Origin: Tubulanus polymorphus
Taxonomy: Eukaryota > Animalia > Nemertea
Assembly (NCBI RefSeq): GCF_964204645.1
Contig: NC_134033.1
Span: 12,532,655-12,596,654 of the forward strand
DNA: 64,000 bases
Direction: 5' to 3'
Below are positions 62,301 to 64,000 of the stretch, in pieces; the stretch's first letter is position 1; every line of letters starts with the position of its first letter. The notes beneath the pieces were generated by a model. It saw only the letters and a program-made list of their open reading frames with translations, did no database searches and had not been told where the DNA came from. Made by a program: the position numbers and the translations under genes.

Positions 62301-64000
62301 GAGGAACCCGGAGATATCGATGGAAGACCACAGGGAGATAACAAAGAACTTGATAGATTTGGTAATGTAGTCACTACCACGAGAAAAACGGAAACAGTCT
62401 ACGGCAGAGATGATGCTCCTGACAGCGGAAGCCAAACAGACGAATTTGACCAGAGGGCAACCTCAGGTGCAATACCGTATGGCATAGGGCAGGAAGCTAT
62501 GGACACCGATGAGAGACAACAGGGAGGTACCAGGGACCTCGATAGATTTGGTAATGTAGTCACTACCACGAGAACGACAGAAACAGTCTACGGCAGCGAT
62601 GAAGTTCCTGATGGTGGAAACCAAATCGACGGATTTGGCAAGAGGGTATCCACTGACACAATACCATACGACATTGGACAAGGCCCCGGAGAAAGATCAC
62701 AGGGAGATGTTAAGGACCGGGATAGATTTGGTAATGTAGTCACTACCACGAGAACGACAGAAACAGTCTACGGTAGAGACGATGCTCCTGACAGCAGAAG
62801 CCAAAACGATAGATTTGGCCAGAGGGCATCCACTGACACAATACCGTACGGCATGGGAGAGGGACCCGGAGATATCGATGGAAGACCACAGGGAGACAAC
62901 AAAGAACTTGATAGATTTGGTAATGTAGTCACTACCACGAGAAAAACAGAAACAGTCTACGGCAGAGATGATGCTCCTGACAGCGGAAGCCAAACAGACG
63001 AATTTGACCAGAGGGCAACCTCAGGTGCAATACCCTATGGCATAGGGCAGGAAGCTATGGACACCGATGAGAGACGACAGGGAGGTACCAGAGACCTCGA
63101 TAGATTTGGTAATGTAGTTACTTCCACGAGAACGACAGAAACAGTCTACGGCAGCGATTATGTTCCTGATGGTGGAAGCCAAAACGATAGATTTGGCCAG
63201 AGGGTATCAACTGACACAATACCGTACGACGAAGGACAGGGCCCCGGAGAAAGACCACAGGGAGATGTTAAGGACCGGGATAGATTTGGTAATGTAGTCA
63301 CTACCACAAAAACAACAGAAACAGTCTACGGTAGAGACCCAAGAGTGACGGCAGAGCAGACATATAGCGTACTTACAGAACCTGAAACTGATAGATTTGG
63401 TAATATCATTACAACTACTCAACGTTCAATGACTACCTACGGAAGAGAGGAAGGCAAAGGGACAGATGAAGAATCTGGAAACGAACGAGACAAATTTGGA
63501 AATCTTGTTGTAACAACTAGAACTACTGAAACGATGTACGGTGGAGTTATATATCCCGATGAAACTGGTGGATTTGGCCAAACGACATCTACACAAGAAC
63601 CAATCGCCATGCATGGTATCAGCCAGGAGCCCAAAGATGATGCGACGGGTGAAATGAAACTGGGGAATCTAGAAGAGCCTAAAACCGATCGATTTGGTAA
63701 TATTATCACGACTACTACAACATCAAAAGCAATTTATAGTGATGGAACTTCTGCAAGAGAAAGGAAGGACCAGGAAGTGCCTGAGCGCGATCGATTTGGA
63801 AATGTTATACCAACTAGGAAAATCGATGGTTACGGGTACATTGAAAATGACGAAAATGATCAACAAGCACAGCCTGAGACTGATAGATTCGGCAATATTG
63901 TCACAAATCAAAAAATGTCCAGAAATGATAATGACGATAATAGTCCTGAAGAAGATGTAAAGGGCCGGGAGCAACCTGAAACTGTACGGGATAGATTTGG
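53355..64000 (+). CDS. Plakin-domain-related protein (spectrin repeats plus SH3) with a giant repetitive exon; 3' partial
   Basis: In-frame exons 53355-53399, 53934-54008, 54692-54787, 54984-55112, 55191-55337, 56558-56620 (GC donor), 57550-57650, 57838-57943, 58028-58229, 58324-58388, 58494-58624, 59041-59305 and 59559->64000 (reads open to the window end). Segments DHPWATRLIHCLDIHFRAATKWRTFQEELRE and LPCLEKRNEPLKKPFRVHMICSLRTKHVKLKEGEAMTLLDNHDPVQWKVRARTISSEKVYSVPSLLVMIPGPTEEA resemble the SR4-SR5-SH3 region of plectin/dystonin/desmoplakin plakin domains (recalled: WMLQLCCCIEAHLKE...; AVCDYK...VHKGDEC...WKV...VPSVCFLVPPP). Confidence 0.85.
61044..63330 (+). repeat. Coding tandem repeat of 60-63 aa units (DRFGNVVTTTRTTETVYG...DRFGQ...TDTIPYG...RPQGD), organised as a 558-nt higher-order repeat
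   Basis: Unit starts 61044, 61227, 61416, 61605, 61794, 61983, 62163, 62352, 62541, 62721, 62910, 63099 and 63279. The spacing 189/189/180 repeats three times. All units are in frame with the exon starting at 59559. Confidence 0.95.

Noticed and set aside
59095-63974. Many minus-strand ORFs (and one short plus-strand alternative-frame ORF) listed in the ORF track
   Set aside because: They are shadows of the long plus-strand exon, which the track omits, probably because it has no stop inside the window.

Overview
AT-rich, intron-rich animal genomic DNA (an invertebrate bilaterian is my inference). Most ORFs in the supplied track are not real genes. Two spliced protein-coding genes can be rebuilt by hand. 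(1) A complete 8-exon Rab6 (+, 28660-37798, 210 aa) whose last intron is a U12 minor-spliceosome intron. (2) A gene (+, from 53355, running off the window end, >1950 aa) that joins a partial plakin domain (spectrin repeats plus inserted SH3) to a >4.4-kb exon of DRFGN-motif tandem repeats. The most striking structure is a ~20.8-kb composite DNA-transposon-like unit (7551-28308). It is bounded by TAGACTGGTT...AACCAGTCTA termini, a perfect 9-bp target duplication (CATTAATCA) and subterminal hairpins showing compensatory base changes. It carries an intron-containing, pseudogenised LRRK2-like gene fragment, remnants of two convergent genes, an inverted pair of RTE fragments and tandem exon-intron arrays, and it ends ~350 bp upstream of the Rab6 start codon. 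Other notable items are a TSD-flanked insertion with a minimal hammerhead ribozyme in Rab6 intron 2, a MITE with Pol III B-boxes in its TIRs, a cluster of co-oriented CTCF-like motifs, and many small MITEs and minisatellites. All calls come from reading the sequence; no searches were run.
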